A stretch of 64,000 nt of DNA, from positions 32,488,001-32,552,000 of the forward strand of contig NC_043013.1 of assembly GCF_006345805.1 (NCBI RefSeq). The letters are read 5' to 3'. A program made the position numbers and the translations under genes. The notes below the pieces were generated by a model. The model saw nothing but the letters and a program-made list of their open reading frames with translations. It ran no database searches and was not told where the DNA came from. Each line of letters starts with the position of its first letter. Within the stretch, counting starts at the first letter, position 1. The stretch is from Octopus sinensis. Its lineage: Eukaryota. Below, piece by piece: positions 24,407 to 37,483 of this stretch.

Positions 24407-24410
24407 AATA

Positions 24411-24442
<32 letters not shown>

Positions 24443-24447
24443 AGGAA
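23935..24447. repeat. About 510-bp purine-rich (GGAA/GAAA)n tract
   Basis: Almost exclusively G/A on the plus strand. Confidence 0.95.
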
Positions 24448-25115
24448 GGTAGTCAGTAATACAGTAATGCTTAATATTCTGCATCACAATAGCATTTCAG
24501 ATAGAATTGTGTTTCTCATTTTCATTTTTTTTTTTTTTTGTAATTTCTATATTTATTAATGCATTTATTTGAATTTAGCTTTTTAACAGAACAAGTACTA
24601 AAATGACACACTAGTACGATACAAGAATAAAAAAAAAAAACAAACATAACCAAATATATTTGAAGCAAAATATTAAGAATCAAATAAATGGCGTACATCA
24701 ACTTCAAATATGGTTTTGGTAGAATACACATTCTTTGCCAACAAAAAAGTAAAAAACATGCTTTGTACAGAAATATAATTTACATTTTCCTTTGTTTTGT
24801 TTATGTGTTTATTTTTGTTGGTTTTTTTTTTTTTTTCATAAATTCATCATACTCAGCTTAATTCGGAAATCATGATTTGTATATGCATGTACACACACAC
24901 ACACACGAATGTATGCACAAACGCACACACAGACACACGCACGCACATACAAACACAAATACACAAGCACACACACACATGAGCACACACATACACACAG
25001 ACAGACACACACACACAAGCATGCACATCTACTTTCTAATAAGACTAGCATAACTGTGGATATGCAGGCTAACACTGATTTCATGGAAGAAGCAGAGTCT
25101 ATTCTTACTTTCTCT

Positions 25116-25166
<51 letters not shown>

Positions 25167-25299
25167 TTATATATATGTATATATATATATATAGCCGGTG
25201 GCACATAACAAGCACCCACTACACTCACGGAGTGGTTGACGTTAGGAAGGACATCCAGCTGTAGAAACATTGCCAGATCAGACAGGGGCCTGGTGCAGC

Positions 25300-25797
25300 C
25301 TTCTGTCATGTTGTATGAGGAATACCAAATGTCTTCATGCACTACCTGCCTGATAAGAAACTCAGACACTCCCTTGTCCCTGGTGATGGACCTGATTGAC
25401 TTGGAGGGATTATTGTCAATCATGGCCTGGATCTCATCAACAAATTCAGGAGTTCTTTTCTTATCAGAAAGATCCGAGTGAGTTTTCTGAACTACCATAC
25501 TTCGTAATCACCATTAGACTCATCTAACTCTTTCTGAATCCTCAGCACTGTCCTCAGATTGACCCCCAAAACTTCTGAAACGTTCGTATTGGAGCTTCTA
25601 GTGTGAATGCCAAGCAGTACAGCATGTCGCTTCCAAATTTCTGGCAGAGTGAATTGCATCATGGTGTTGTTTTTCTCAGGGACGGTACCTAACTGACCTT
25701 ACTGTACTGCATAGTCGACAAAATCAAAAATAAACAATGAGCATGTGTGAAATTAAAAATATAAAATGGCAACAATTTACACATTGCACCTTGAATA
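25300..25797 (-). mobile_element. Tc1/mariner-superfamily transposon 5' remnant (N-terminal HTH)
   Basis: KRTPEFVDEIQAMIDNNPSKSIRSITRDKGVSEFLIRQVVHED, with a TA-CAAGGTG-like end near 25795. Confidence 0.75.
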
Positions 25798-25817
25798 TTT
25801 ATGTATGTATGTATATG

Positions 25818-26222
25818 TAGGCGCAGAATTGGCTGTGTGGTAAGTAGCTTGCTTACCAACCACATGGTTCCAGGTTCAGTCCCACTGTGTGGCAACTTGG
25901 GCAAGTGTCTTCTACTATAGCCTCAGGCCAACCAATGCCTTGTGAGTGGATTTGGTAGGCGGAAACTGAAAGAAGCCTGTCGTATATATGTATGTGTGTG
26001 TGTGTGTGTGTGTGTGTATGTTTGTGTGTCTGTGTTTGTCCCCCAAACATTGCTTGACAACCGATGCTGGTGTATTTACGTCCCCGTAACTTAGCAGTTC
26101 ACCAAAAGAGACCGATAGAATAAGTATTAGCCTTCCAAAGAATAAGTCCTGGGGTCGATTTGCTTGACTAAAGGCTGTGCTCCAGCATGACCACAGTCAA
26201 ATGACTGAAACAAGTAAAAGAG

Positions 26223-26225
<3 letters not shown>
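25818..26225 (+). mobile_element. SINE family A
   Basis: Full head, body and tail. Confidence 0.85.
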
Positions 26226-26254
<29 letters not shown>

Positions 26255-26473
26255 TCAGCAAGCAGAGTATTACTGATTATGGCATGTAACTGCTCAGATG
26301 GTTACCATTGGTTTCATGCTGACTATTGCACCTAGGCAATGTTGATGATTCTTCAGACATACACTGAAGAGCAAATGTAACAGCTCTATTACTTACACTA
26401 TGATTGCTTTTTTTATTCGTTTTTCCAATCTATGGACAACTAATAAAATATATATGCATAAATATATATATAT

Positions 26474-26507
<34 letters not shown>

Positions 26508-26596
26508 ATATATATATATATAAATGTAACCTTGTGTGTACCGTTGGCAATTTTTTTTCCTCTGTCTTCCCTTCTCTGGATCTTTCCTTCTCCTAT

Positions 26597-26631
26597 GTTT
26601 CCAACGAAGAGCTCTGCTCGAAACGTTAAAC
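26597..26631 (+). ncRNA. Degenerate minimal hammerhead-like motif
   Basis: GUUU-CCAACGA-A-GAGC(UCU)GCUC-GAAA-CGUU-AAAC. Stem I covaries with the other copies, but the core has two changes. Confidence 0.4.
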
Positions 26632-26739
26632 CCTCCTTCTTTCCTTCTTTCCTGAGCGTCCAATAATACTATATTTGCTCCTCGTCCTCGCGTTGTTGTG
26701 TTTTTTTTGTGCTTTCTTGTTTGGATTAACTATATATAT

Positions 26740-26783
<44 letters not shown>

Positions 26784-27836
26784 TATATACACTAGCATAT
26801 TCATGTCTTCAAAAATTACTACAAATGACTTTGCACTTTTTATTTAACAGAAAAAATATCAAAATAATTTGTAAATGTAATAATGAAACTTCGTTATGAC
26901 TACAATTTGGTCCCCACCTCAAATTTTGTTTCCTCATAACTCTCTGAAAAATTCATATTTATTAAATCAAATTTTACAGATATACATTCAAGAGGGTATA
27001 GTTTATGAAAATGGTGATAAAATTCCAAAAACAGAAAGTTCCATAAAATTATTTAAAATACACATTTTTAAATGACATTTTACAGAAATACATTTTTGAC
27101 AGTACATGTTGCTCAATATTGAAATTTCAAAAATAGAAATCTGAGAAAGAAAAAAATATAATATAATGAAAAAAAAAAAAAAAAACATTAAAAATTCTAA
27201 AGATACAGAAATTAATGGTAACAAGACAGCAGGTTTGCAGGGAGAGTGATGCAAATTACCCCAACGAAAAGAGTATATTTTCCTTAAATTTTATCAAATA
27301 TAATCATAAACCCACACCGTGAAAACATATCTCTGCAAAATTTCATTGAAAAATAACGTTTTCAGAAAATTATAAACTAAGTTGTGATGGGAAACCAGCA
27401 AACTGTGTATAAACAGTATAGTGAGCTGTATTTCAAATTTGTTTACTTTCCCAGTATGGGCATAATATTTATCTAACTACATTAACTTTATCTTGTGTGT
27501 GTGTGTGCTTGTACATGCATGTGTCTATATAAGTGTGTATAAACACACTTAGATGTTTTGCTTTATGTATGTATTCTCCTGCATATAGTTGCATATCTAG
27601 ACATACTCATATTTATTTAAATGATAAACTTCTGGAAAGTTTTACTGATTTTTTACAGCTCCAGTGATGGACTGGATCTCTAGACTTCGAATTGGCTTTA
27701 TCTTTTCTGGTTTTGAGAAGCCTAATTTCTCACAACGGATGGATGGATGGATGGATGGATGCATGCATGCATGCAAGCATGTATGTATGCATGCATGCAT
27801 GCATGTATGTATGTATGTACATAAGTACATCCGTAC

Positions 27837-27849
<13 letters not shown>

Positions 27850-27867
<18 letters not shown>

Positions 27868-28400
27868 TGTCATGTCAGGTCACTTTCGAGTGCTACTGGT
27901 AACATGTAACCCAGTACAACCTGTTGCATGGTCGGGTCGTCAGCGACTAAACCGACAACCCCACCAAGCTTGCTTGGTGAGGAGGGTGTTTATTGGACAC
28001 CCTGCGGGATGAAAAACAAAACCTGTCAAAGGGTGGAGGAACTCTTGAGAGTCAACGGCCATCCAATAAATGTCTTAAGGTTGTATCATGTGCGGGGATA
28101 TAGAAATAATCGGACTGAATACCTGATCGCGCGGTTAAACCATTGGGAGTGAAGGACTCCTAGCCTTTGTTAGGGCATCCTTCTAGGAGAAGGTAACTCA
28201 GGTAACTGGGATAACTCCGACATAAAACCTGCGGTTCAGTAGTTACCGATGATGTTGACTTGTTCTTCTTTTCGGATTATGGCTGCTGTTGCTTAGTGAG
28301 TGGGATTGACTCAGTGCACAGCCTTTCCTCACTTTAAAAAAAAATCTTCTTGCACAGGCATTGCACGATAACAACATTGATTAAACTTCGTGCAATGGCC
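27850..28400 (+). mobile_element. GC-richer structured repeat resembling an RTE LINE 5' UTR
   Basis: ccttctaggagaaggtaactc..taaaacc motif and several hairpins; no ORF. Confidence 0.4.
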
Positions 28401-28429
28401 ATACTCAATAACGAGGGGGCAGCCACCAT

Positions 28430-29050
28430 GTATGTATGTATGTACATATTTTAATGTTTTATACATGTATTATCATGCACATAGTTGCATATCTAGATAT
28501 GCTCTTATATATTTAAATGATAAACTTCTGGAAATTTTTACAGATTTTTACAGTTCCAGTGATGGATTGGATTTGTAGTCTTCGAATTAGCTTTCTCCTT
28601 TCTGATTTTGAGAAGCCTAATTTCTCAAGATTGGTATTTAGGCAGTGTGTTACATATGCCAGGGCCCCAATAATTACAGGTATAAACCTGAACTTGTAAT
28701 CTGAATAGAGTAACTTGCAGATTTCTCAATAGTTCAGCATAGGTGTTCTCTTCTTCACTGATCTTCAGCTTTATGTTAACATCTGCTGGACAGCTAATTT
28801 CCACAACTGTGCACAGTTTCTCTTCTCTATCCCAAATCATTATATCAGGTCTCTTATTCTTACATTTTATTGAGGTTTTCACTGGTACATTCCACCAGTA
28901 TTCCTTTTCATTATGAGTGGCTATGGCTTCTACCATACTGTGGCTTCTTATTTCTTTGTCCTCGGGATTATCCTTCCAACAGATTTCATTATAGAGCGTC
29001 CTAGCTACAATGTCATGTCTCATAGGTAGATAATACCATGATAATAACTA
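28430..29050 (-). mobile_element. REL-endonuclease non-LTR retrotransposon 3' fragment (R4/Dong-like)
   Basis: RHDIVAR..WWNVPVKT..RPDIMIWD..VEISCP (PD-(D/E)xK REL domain). Its 3' end is repeated at 27540-27735. Confidence 0.85.
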
Positions 29051-29745
29051 CAAAATTCAACTGTACACGATCAATAAGGAGCAAATAATTCTGGAGTTAA
29101 TATTTGCAAAGACATTATTAACTCTATTATTATCTAGGGTATTATAAGTAAATTGATAATAACAGAATTAATAATATAGGTGATCGCAGGCCCAAAAAAT
29201 CACCTATATTATTAATTCTGTTATTATCTGTTATTATCAATTTACTTATTATTAACTCTATTGTTATCTAGGATAATATGTCTTTACAAATATTAACTCT
29301 TGAATTATTTGCTCCTTATTGGAATTCTTTTCACACTGAGACTGCTATGATTTGGTGCAAAACAAATCAGAGAATCACAGACTTCAACGTGACGAATTGG
29401 CAGATTTTTTTCATCGTGGTAGCATGTGCTGAAGGTAAGGCAATAATGCCAGTCCAGAAACCAGTCCACGTGAGTCCAAAAGTATGTTGAATAATTTTCT
29501 TGACCCACTTGCTCACATACGGTTGAATTCTGTAGTTATTATCAGTGTTATTTTTACGGTGGTTTAAATAACAGTTTTGACTGTTATTTCCAGCAGGCAG
29601 ACATACTCAGTATGTCCTTTAATTAATATATGTGTGTATATATATATATATATATAGGGAGAGTTTACGAAAAAAACAAAAGACGAAGACAGGTGGTGTA
29701 CAAAACAAACAAATGTATTAGTATAACGCTCAGGAATAGAAAAAA

Positions 29746-29782
29746 TCTTTTACGTTTCAAGCCTATGCTCTTCTACAGAAAG
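29746..29782 (-). ncRNA. Minimal hammerhead-like motif, same family as 19713/20060
   Basis: CUUU-CUGUAGA-A-GAGC(AUAG)GCUU-GAAA-CGUA-AAAG, with a GUA cleavage triplet. Lies in a repeat (about 29655-29815) homologous to 19965-20150. Confidence 0.5.
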
Positions 29783-29864
29783 GGACACAGAAAAAACAAG
29801 GAGTGAAAAAAATGTGTGTAGTGGCTAACGATCTATCATGGCGATATACACACACACACGCATG

Positions 29865-29981
<117 letters not shown>

Positions 29982-31104
29982 GACAGGTTTCTGTCTACCA
30001 AATCCACTCACAAAGCTTTGATCAGCCTGAGGCTGATCAAATTAGAAGACACTTGCCAAAGATGCCACATAGTGGGACTGAACCCATAACCATGTGGTTG
30101 AGAAGCAAGCTACTTACCACACAGTCACACCTGTGCCTATGCAGAAAAAAAAAAAGAAAAGAAAAAGTCTTAAAGCAAAATAATTCAAGAGAAACATAGC
30201 AAATAGTTAAGGGTTTGAACTGGTGTCAAAATATCAAGTGTTGATTATCAATACTCAGCTCTCTAATGGAACAAATAAAGTAATTGATTGATAGAGACAG
30301 TACTGTGATGAACTTTGCTCACACAAATAAGTGGATAGTAATGTGCTAAAAGACTTACCAAAGGGAGTTGCTTTCAATATATAACAGGAAGTAGAAATCA
30401 CTTCAGAATGAGCTAAACAAGTAACATAAATAATTAGGAAACTGAAAGCTGCAATATGATAAACCACTTGGGTTAGAGAGTGTAAACACAGAATAATTGA
30501 AATAGAGAGGTGAGAATGCCTGTGTGTAATTATGAAGTTCATTTCAAAATTTTATGCTTTCATGTTCAATCCTAAGGTGTTATACTAATACATTTGTTTG
30601 TTTTGTACACCACCTGTCTTCGTCTTATAGCATCAAACGGACCAGTCTTGTAAATGAAATTTGGAAATCAATCTTTCAGTTTCTGCCTGCTAAATCACCA
30701 GCACAGGGCTTTGGTCAACCCAAGAATATAGAAGAGATACATGCCCAAGGTACTGTGCAGTGGGACTGAACCTAAAACCATATGGTTGGAAAGCAAGCTT
30801 CTCAATCACATAGCCAGTCCTGTGCCTAATCTTATCCAAGATGTATGTTTTATTTAAAGTAACAGCAGCAACAGTTCTTAATAAACACAGCTTGATTCCC
30901 AGACTGAAAAAAAAATTGAAGAACACATCTGTAAAGCTAAAATTCTTAGAAAATTTCTTGGAACAGCAACCAAACCTTTACCTGACATTCAATGACTTAA
31001 AAAAAAATTTATTTACCAATTCAGTGTCCCATGTTTGACATGGAACATTGAATAATTATTATCTGAAAGATTTAACTTCAGTTTACCAATGATAACATTA
31101 TATT

Positions 31105-31492
31105 CTTTTATTCTTTTATTTGTTTCTGTCATTTGACTGTGGCCATGCAGGAGCACCGCCTTTAGTCGAACAAATCAACCCCAGGACTTATCCTTTGTAA
31201 GACTAGTACTTATTCTATTGGTCTCTTTTGCCGAACTGCTAAGTTACAGGGACCTAAACACACCAACATCAGTTGTCAAGCAATGGTAGGGGGACAAACA
31301 CAGACACACAAACATACACACACACACACATACACATATATATGACGGGCTTCTTTCAGTTTCCGTCTACCAAATCCACTCACAAGGCTTTGGACGGCCC
31401 AAGGCTATAGAAGAAGACACTTGCCCAAGTTGCCACTCAGTAGCATGTGGGTGGTAAGCAAGCTACTTACCACACAGCCACTCCTGCACCTA
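31105..31492 (-). mobile_element. SINE family A
   Basis: Full body in minus orientation. Confidence 0.85.
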
Positions 31493-32939
31493 TAGCCATT
31501 ATCTGAACTTGAAACATACCTGGTTTTGGCTGGAGATTCATCAAATTAACCGAATGAATCCTTTTACCGTGGGAATCCCATATACCCATTCACTCAAACT
31601 TTCATTATCCTTAAGTGCATAAAGCAGTTTTATATCCCAATCTATTTTTCATCGAGGAATGTCAATGTTTGAAACTATTTTCTGTTGAGATACGTCAAGT
31701 TAATTATAATGTAATGTGGCTTGCAGAAAATACCAATTGTACTTTTTGGGTAGATATTTAACATCATTATTGGAATAACCATGAAATTTAATTTCACGGT
31801 TAAGGGTTAAAACAACAGTTGGCAGACGTGGGTTTCTTTGGGGTTTTTTTTTGTTTTTTTTTTTCACTAAACCTTTAAGTCTTGTGAAGGAAATGATAAA
31901 ATAAGGAGTAGAGAAGTCAGTAATCTTTGTTTTGCCAGTGATATTGATTTAATAGGACAAAATGTAGAAGAATTTACTGATTTAACAACTCTTCTTGATA
32001 CAAAAATAAGAAGATATGGAACAGAAGTAAGAAGGGCAGGGGTACAAAATGCTAAATAATGATATCAAGTGATATTGGAACAATTGAAATAGAAGAGAAG
32101 AGATGAAGTCAAAGAAATATGTAAAATGTTGGGTTGCAGTAGAAACAATGGCTTTAACAAAATTAGACCAGGTTTTGTGAAAATAAAATTATTTTGATTG
32201 TAGTCTTGGGCATAGCTCTATGGTTAAGAAGCTTGCTTTAGTACCACATGGTTTTGGGTTTGGTTCCACACCTTGGGCAAACATTTTTTTACTATAGATC
32301 CAGGCTGCTCAATGCCTTGTGAGTGGATTTGGTAGACGGAAACTGTGTTGAAGCCTGTAGTATGTATGTGTGTATGTGAGTATATTTGTGTGTATGTGTG
32401 TGTATATGTGTGTATACATGTGTGTACATGTGTGTGTGTGTGTGTGTGTGTGTTTATGCTTGTACCCCACCACCACTTGACAACCTGTGTTGGTTTGTTT
32501 ATGTCCCTATACCTTAGCAGTTTGGCAAAAAAGATACCAATAAAATAAGTATATAAATAAATGCGCCCTTTTAAAGCCTAGCCAGGCCCATGGGCCCAGT
32601 TTCTATGGCGTATGTGTTCTCAGCTGGACGAGACGCCAGTCCATCGCAGCGTTACTCATTTTTGCCAGCTGAGCAGACTGGAGCAACGTGAAATGAAGTG
32701 TTTTGCTCAGGAACACAACACATCACTTGGTCCAGGAATCGAAACCACAATCTTACGATCATGATGCTGACACTCTAAACACTAAGCCACACACCTCCAC
32801 AATAAAATAAGTACCAGGTTTTAAAAAGAAACATCTAAGTACTGGAGTCAATTTGATTAAAACCCTTCAAGATGGTGCTCCAGCATGGCCACAGTCCAAT
32901 GACTGAACCAAGTAAAAAGAAAATGACGAATAAACCTAC

Positions 32940-34074
32940 CTTGTTCACAGACTTCATCATAATATTTCACAGCAATCACATATGTGTTGACCTGTAGCAG
33001 TATCAGCTTACGTAACAGCGATAGATTGGGTAATGTGGAAGCTATTGTGTCACTGCTGATTGCAGAGGTGTCTTGACCAGTAGATGTGGTATCTTTGCCA
33101 TTAAGTGAGGTGTCTTGGTCTATCTCCATAGTGTTTGGACCAACAATTATTTCATGTCTGTTATCAGTCGTGGTGTTTTGATCCGTGGCTTCAAATTCCA
33201 CTCTGACCTCTGCAGTGTCTACGTTCATAGTATAGGAGATGTTACCCTCACCATCAGCTTTGACACTAATATTGCTGCAAGAGACACTAGACATATCACA
33301 AGTACCACCCACATTGATATCATTCGTGATAACAGGTTCGGCTGTACTGCTTATGACTTCACTAGAGATACCATCTTTATCAGAGATGTCTGCTGTGATA
33401 TCATCATTGACATTACATTTGTGAGAAGTGTCTTTGTTAATATTCTCACTGGGGGTGCAGAACCTGGGAGCAATATCTCCATGGATATCAGAATTAATTT
33501 GTTGAAAAATAATTACATCTTCTGAACCTCCAAAACCAGCATGTCTGCTACTGTTTGCTATTCTGTGGAGACAGTCTTTGAAAATGTTGGCTGCCAATAA
33601 ATGCTGACAAGTAACCCAGTAGAAATGCGGAATATGCTTCTGTACAGCTAGTTCCTCTTTATAAGATAATGCTCTATTAAAGAGCTGTAATGTACTTTTC
33701 AAAACCCATTTTTCACTGGCAGAATTGTTACCAAGTTTGGCAATAATAGAATCGATATGTTCCAAAAATGTCCGAGCAGTGTCACATGTTTGCAGTTTTA
33801 CATCAGAAATGAAACTATGCTTTTTGAACAATGATTTCCATAGCTTCAAAAACTCTGAATTACATTCAGCATCAGAGGAACATCCTTTGAATTTTGTGAA
33901 AATGTTCTCCCAAAAGTGGTCGATTAGGTTCAAGTAAATCTCGCTCAGTTCTTTGTTGAATTTAGCATTGAGAATTTTTTTCAACAGCCTGAATATAGCA
34001 GAGGCATTGTCCTTTGATTGGAAATGGCCAAGTAAATGGACCACCAATTCTTCAAAGTGTTCTTTGGTGAACAA
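32940..34074 (-). CDS. LINS1: Protein Lines homolog, coding exon 2 (Lines N-terminal region plus a long acidic S/T/D insert)
   Basis: Acceptor cattctag|TTG (phase 0), 1135-nt open exon, donor CAAG|GTAGGT (phase 1). Phases are consistent on both sides. Confidence 0.88.
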
Positions 34075-34559
34075 CTAGAATGAGAAAGAAATAAAATAAA
34101 AAAAAAAACAAATAATAGATTTATTTGTCAGAATTAAATTGAATGGCAAATTTTCTTAAAATGTGAAGAAGATAAAGTCAATTAAATCAACCATCCCCAA
34201 CACCACCATTGATACCAGTTCCATTGATCTTCCCACCCACCCCACCCCACCCCTACTCCTGAGAAACAAAACATGACATTGATTGCAGAATTATTCGAAT
34301 TCAGAATGTACAAAAATCAAACTAAATTAATCTAATACATGAATTTACTGCTCAACCAGTTCTAACAACTGACAAAAGAGCAAACCAATGATAGAGCTCC
34401 CATGTAGTCATTCATCTTGCTAGAAATAACAGCCAAATCACCTTCAAGTTATGTATTGCTTTATTAAAAAACAAAGAGAAAGAGAAAACAGTGGATAATG
34501 AAACTCTTTATTCTATTTGTTTTATTAGTTGAGTGCCTGATTGGCACCCATGGTGGTGG

Positions 34560-34900
34560 AATATAAAAAGCACCATTTAAGCGTGGTCAGTGCCAGTACC
34601 GCATGACTGGTCCCGTGCTGGTGGCACATAAAAAGTACCATTCAAGCATGGTTGATATCAGTGCCACCTGACTGGTTCCCTGCCGGTGATACATAAAAGC
34701 ACTATTCTAGGGTGGTTGATGCCAGTGCCACCTGACTGGTCTCCGGCTGGTGGCACATAAAAAGCACCATTCAAGCATGGTTGATACCAGTGCCGCCTGA
34801 CTAGTCCCATGCAGGTGACATGTAAAAAGCACCATTCGAGCATGGGTGATGCTAGTACTGCCTGACTGACCCTCATGCCAGTGGCACATGAAAAGCACCC
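34560..34900. repeat. About 6 x 56-bp tandem units inside the RTE-tail SINE-like repeat
   Basis: Repeating ggcacataaaaagcaccattcaagcatggttgat..gcctgactgg. Analogous 65-bp units occur at 52310-52545. Confidence 0.8.
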
Positions 34901-35395
34901 ACTGCACTCTCAGAGTGGTTGGCATTAGGAAGAGCATCCAGCTGTAGAAACTTTGCCAGATCAGATTGGAGCCTGGTGCAGCCTTCTGGATTGCCAGTCC
35001 ACAGTCAAACCATCCAACACATACCAGTATGGAAAGCAGACATTAAACGATAATGATGATGATGATGATGGGAGAAGAGGTTATTGCTGTTGGTGTTGAT
35101 GATGGTGCCAATAAAGTTAACAAAGACAATATATAAGGCAAATCAAAAATGAAAAATAACAAAACAACAAAAGTTAAAATGTCATATACCTGGAATGTAT
35201 TAGCTTGATATATAAGATGGGAAAAAAAGAGTGGGTGTATAATATTTCGAGCATGGCTCTTCATCAGAAAGAGGAGAGAGGAAAGTTCCAGAGAAAGAAA
35301 AGAGTCTAAAAAAGCATGTGTGTCATTACATGACTGAAGTGCATATATATGTGTGTGTGTGTTTGAATGTATGTATATGTATATACATATATGAA

Positions 35396-35430
<35 letters not shown>

Positions 35431-35482
35431 AATATTTATGTGTATATACATGTGAGTGTGTGTGTGTGCATGCATGTGTGTA

Positions 35483-35520
<38 letters not shown>

Positions 35521-35524
<4 letters not shown>

Positions 35525-36300
35525 AGGGGGTACCCAAAAGATAACCTGGATTTTGTAATATCATTTTAATCACTTAGTTTTACATGTTTACACTTTTATC
35601 ATTTTCAAAGTATTCTCCATTTGAAGCAATGCATTGGTCCTGAAGCGTTTTCCACTTGTTAAAACAATCCTGAAACTCTTGTGAAGTGATGCCTTTTAAT
35701 GCCTCTGTAGTTTTTTCTCCTTCACCTCTTCCACATCTGCAAATTCCATAGCCCCAGCTTTCATCACCATAGTTGGACCTTCGAAAAACGGTCCTGATCA
35801 ATATCTAACTGTTCTGTCAGTTCATGACACATACTCAGTCATGACTGCTTTTGATCTTCCGTGAGGAGGCAAGGCACAAATTTTGCTGCAATTCTTTTCA
35901 TTCGCAATTCCTTGCTCAAAATTCATCGGCAGGAGCTCTAGGACACACCAGTCATATCAACAAGTTCGTCAGTTGTTTGGTGATGGTCCTCCAAGATCAA
36001 TTCATGAATTTTTGTGATGTTTTCATTCATTCAGGAGGTCGATGGTCGTCCTGAACAAGGTTGGTCTTTAAGTGATAAGTGACCATTCGCAAAGCATGAA
36101 AAACGACTTGTAAACTTGTGTTTTGCTCATGGCAGCATCCTTGTAAGCTGTTTGAAGCATGACAACTATTTTGGCTGCCTTTTTCCCCAACGGAAAGCAG
36201 ATTTTCACAGAAGCATGCTGTTCCTTCATTTCAGCCATCACAAACATTAGCAAGCAGGGGAGAAGCCCTGCAAAACAAAGACGCACCACATTGCAGTATG
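35521..36300 (-). mobile_element. Decayed, internally deleted mariner (DD34D-type) transposon
   Basis: MAEMKEQHASVKICFPLGK..AMSKTQVY N-terminus and FQDCFNKWK..CIASNGEYFE C-terminus. Confidence 0.85.
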
Positions 36301-36418
36301 AGTGTAGTTGACAACACTGGTCAGCAGGCTGATGCCTGAGGGTTGCATCAAGTGGCTTCTAGCAACAGAAGCCTCAACTACGTTTCTAGTTACTTTTGGG
36401 TACCTCCTCGTATGTATG

Positions 36419-36451
<33 letters not shown>

Positions 36452-36555
36452 CATCATCATCATCATTCAACATCTTTTTTTTCATGCTGGTATGGGCTGG
36501 ATGGAATGTGTGTGTGTATGTGGGTGGGTGGGTGTGCATGTGTGTGTGTTTACAC

Positions 36556-36641
<86 letters not shown>

Positions 36642-37261
36642 TTGGATAGATAGTTGGATAGATAATTGGACAGATGGATGGATAGACAGATGGATGGATG
36701 GATAGGTAGGTAGGAAGGTAGGTAGGCAAGCAGGCAGGTAGGTAGGTACGTAGGCAGATAGATAGATAGACAGACAGATAGACAGACAGACAAATAGATA
36801 GTAGACATGTGAGTTGACTGTAATTTCTTCTTTTTTCTTGGTTTTGTTTGTCTAAAAAAAAAATGAACATCATGGTTTGTGATCAGTTCAATATTTTATC
36901 CTCTAATGTTAATATCTAAGTAAAAAGAAGAAAAGCACCTACATGGAACATGTTCAGATATATCGTCTTACCTTGGATGGATTCAGAGAAATGAGAGAAA
37001 CCAAAACTTTGCTCGCAACATGAGAGATATATGCGGATGAGGCAAGTAAGCGATGGGTCTGAAATATTGAACAAAAAATTTAGTAAAATAACTTAGTTAT
37101 CATTCAGCTAGTGTTAGGAACATAAATTGTGACTATGGTTTGGTGGAAGATTTTAATTCAAAACTTATAAAAATAAGACATTTGTACTACAGAGCCAGAG
37201 GTGGCTTCAGCCAGGTTGGTATTGAAGGGTTTAAGAATTGTTTCTCTATTAAATATTTTAA

Positions 37262-37483
37262 CCCTTTTGTTACCAAATCTCTGTTGAGATGCTCTGTGTT
37301 TCTTTTAATTGATTTTAAATATAACAAAGAATTTGGTAAAATAACCTAGTTATCATTCAGCTAGTGTTAGGAATATAAATTGTGACTAAGGTTTGGTGGA
37401 AAATTTCAGTTCAAAACTTATGAAAACAAGACATTTGTACTACAGAGCCAGAGGTGGTTTCAGCTGGGTTGGTAACGAAAGTG
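37262..37483. mobile_element. piggyBac-like MITE (a second partial copy ends at 37229)
   Basis: TTAA on both sides; cccttttgttacca / tggtaacgaaagtg termini. Confidence 0.7.

Noticed and set aside
23657-24487. 276-aa F/L/S/P-rich ORF and the opposite-strand K/E/R/G ORFs
   Set aside because: Reading frames through the purine tract; low complexity and no splice support.
27850-28400. Possible HDV-like ribozyme in the RTE-like 5' UTR
   Set aside because: Hairpins are present, but I could not assemble P1/P1.1/P2/P3; a covariance search would be needed.
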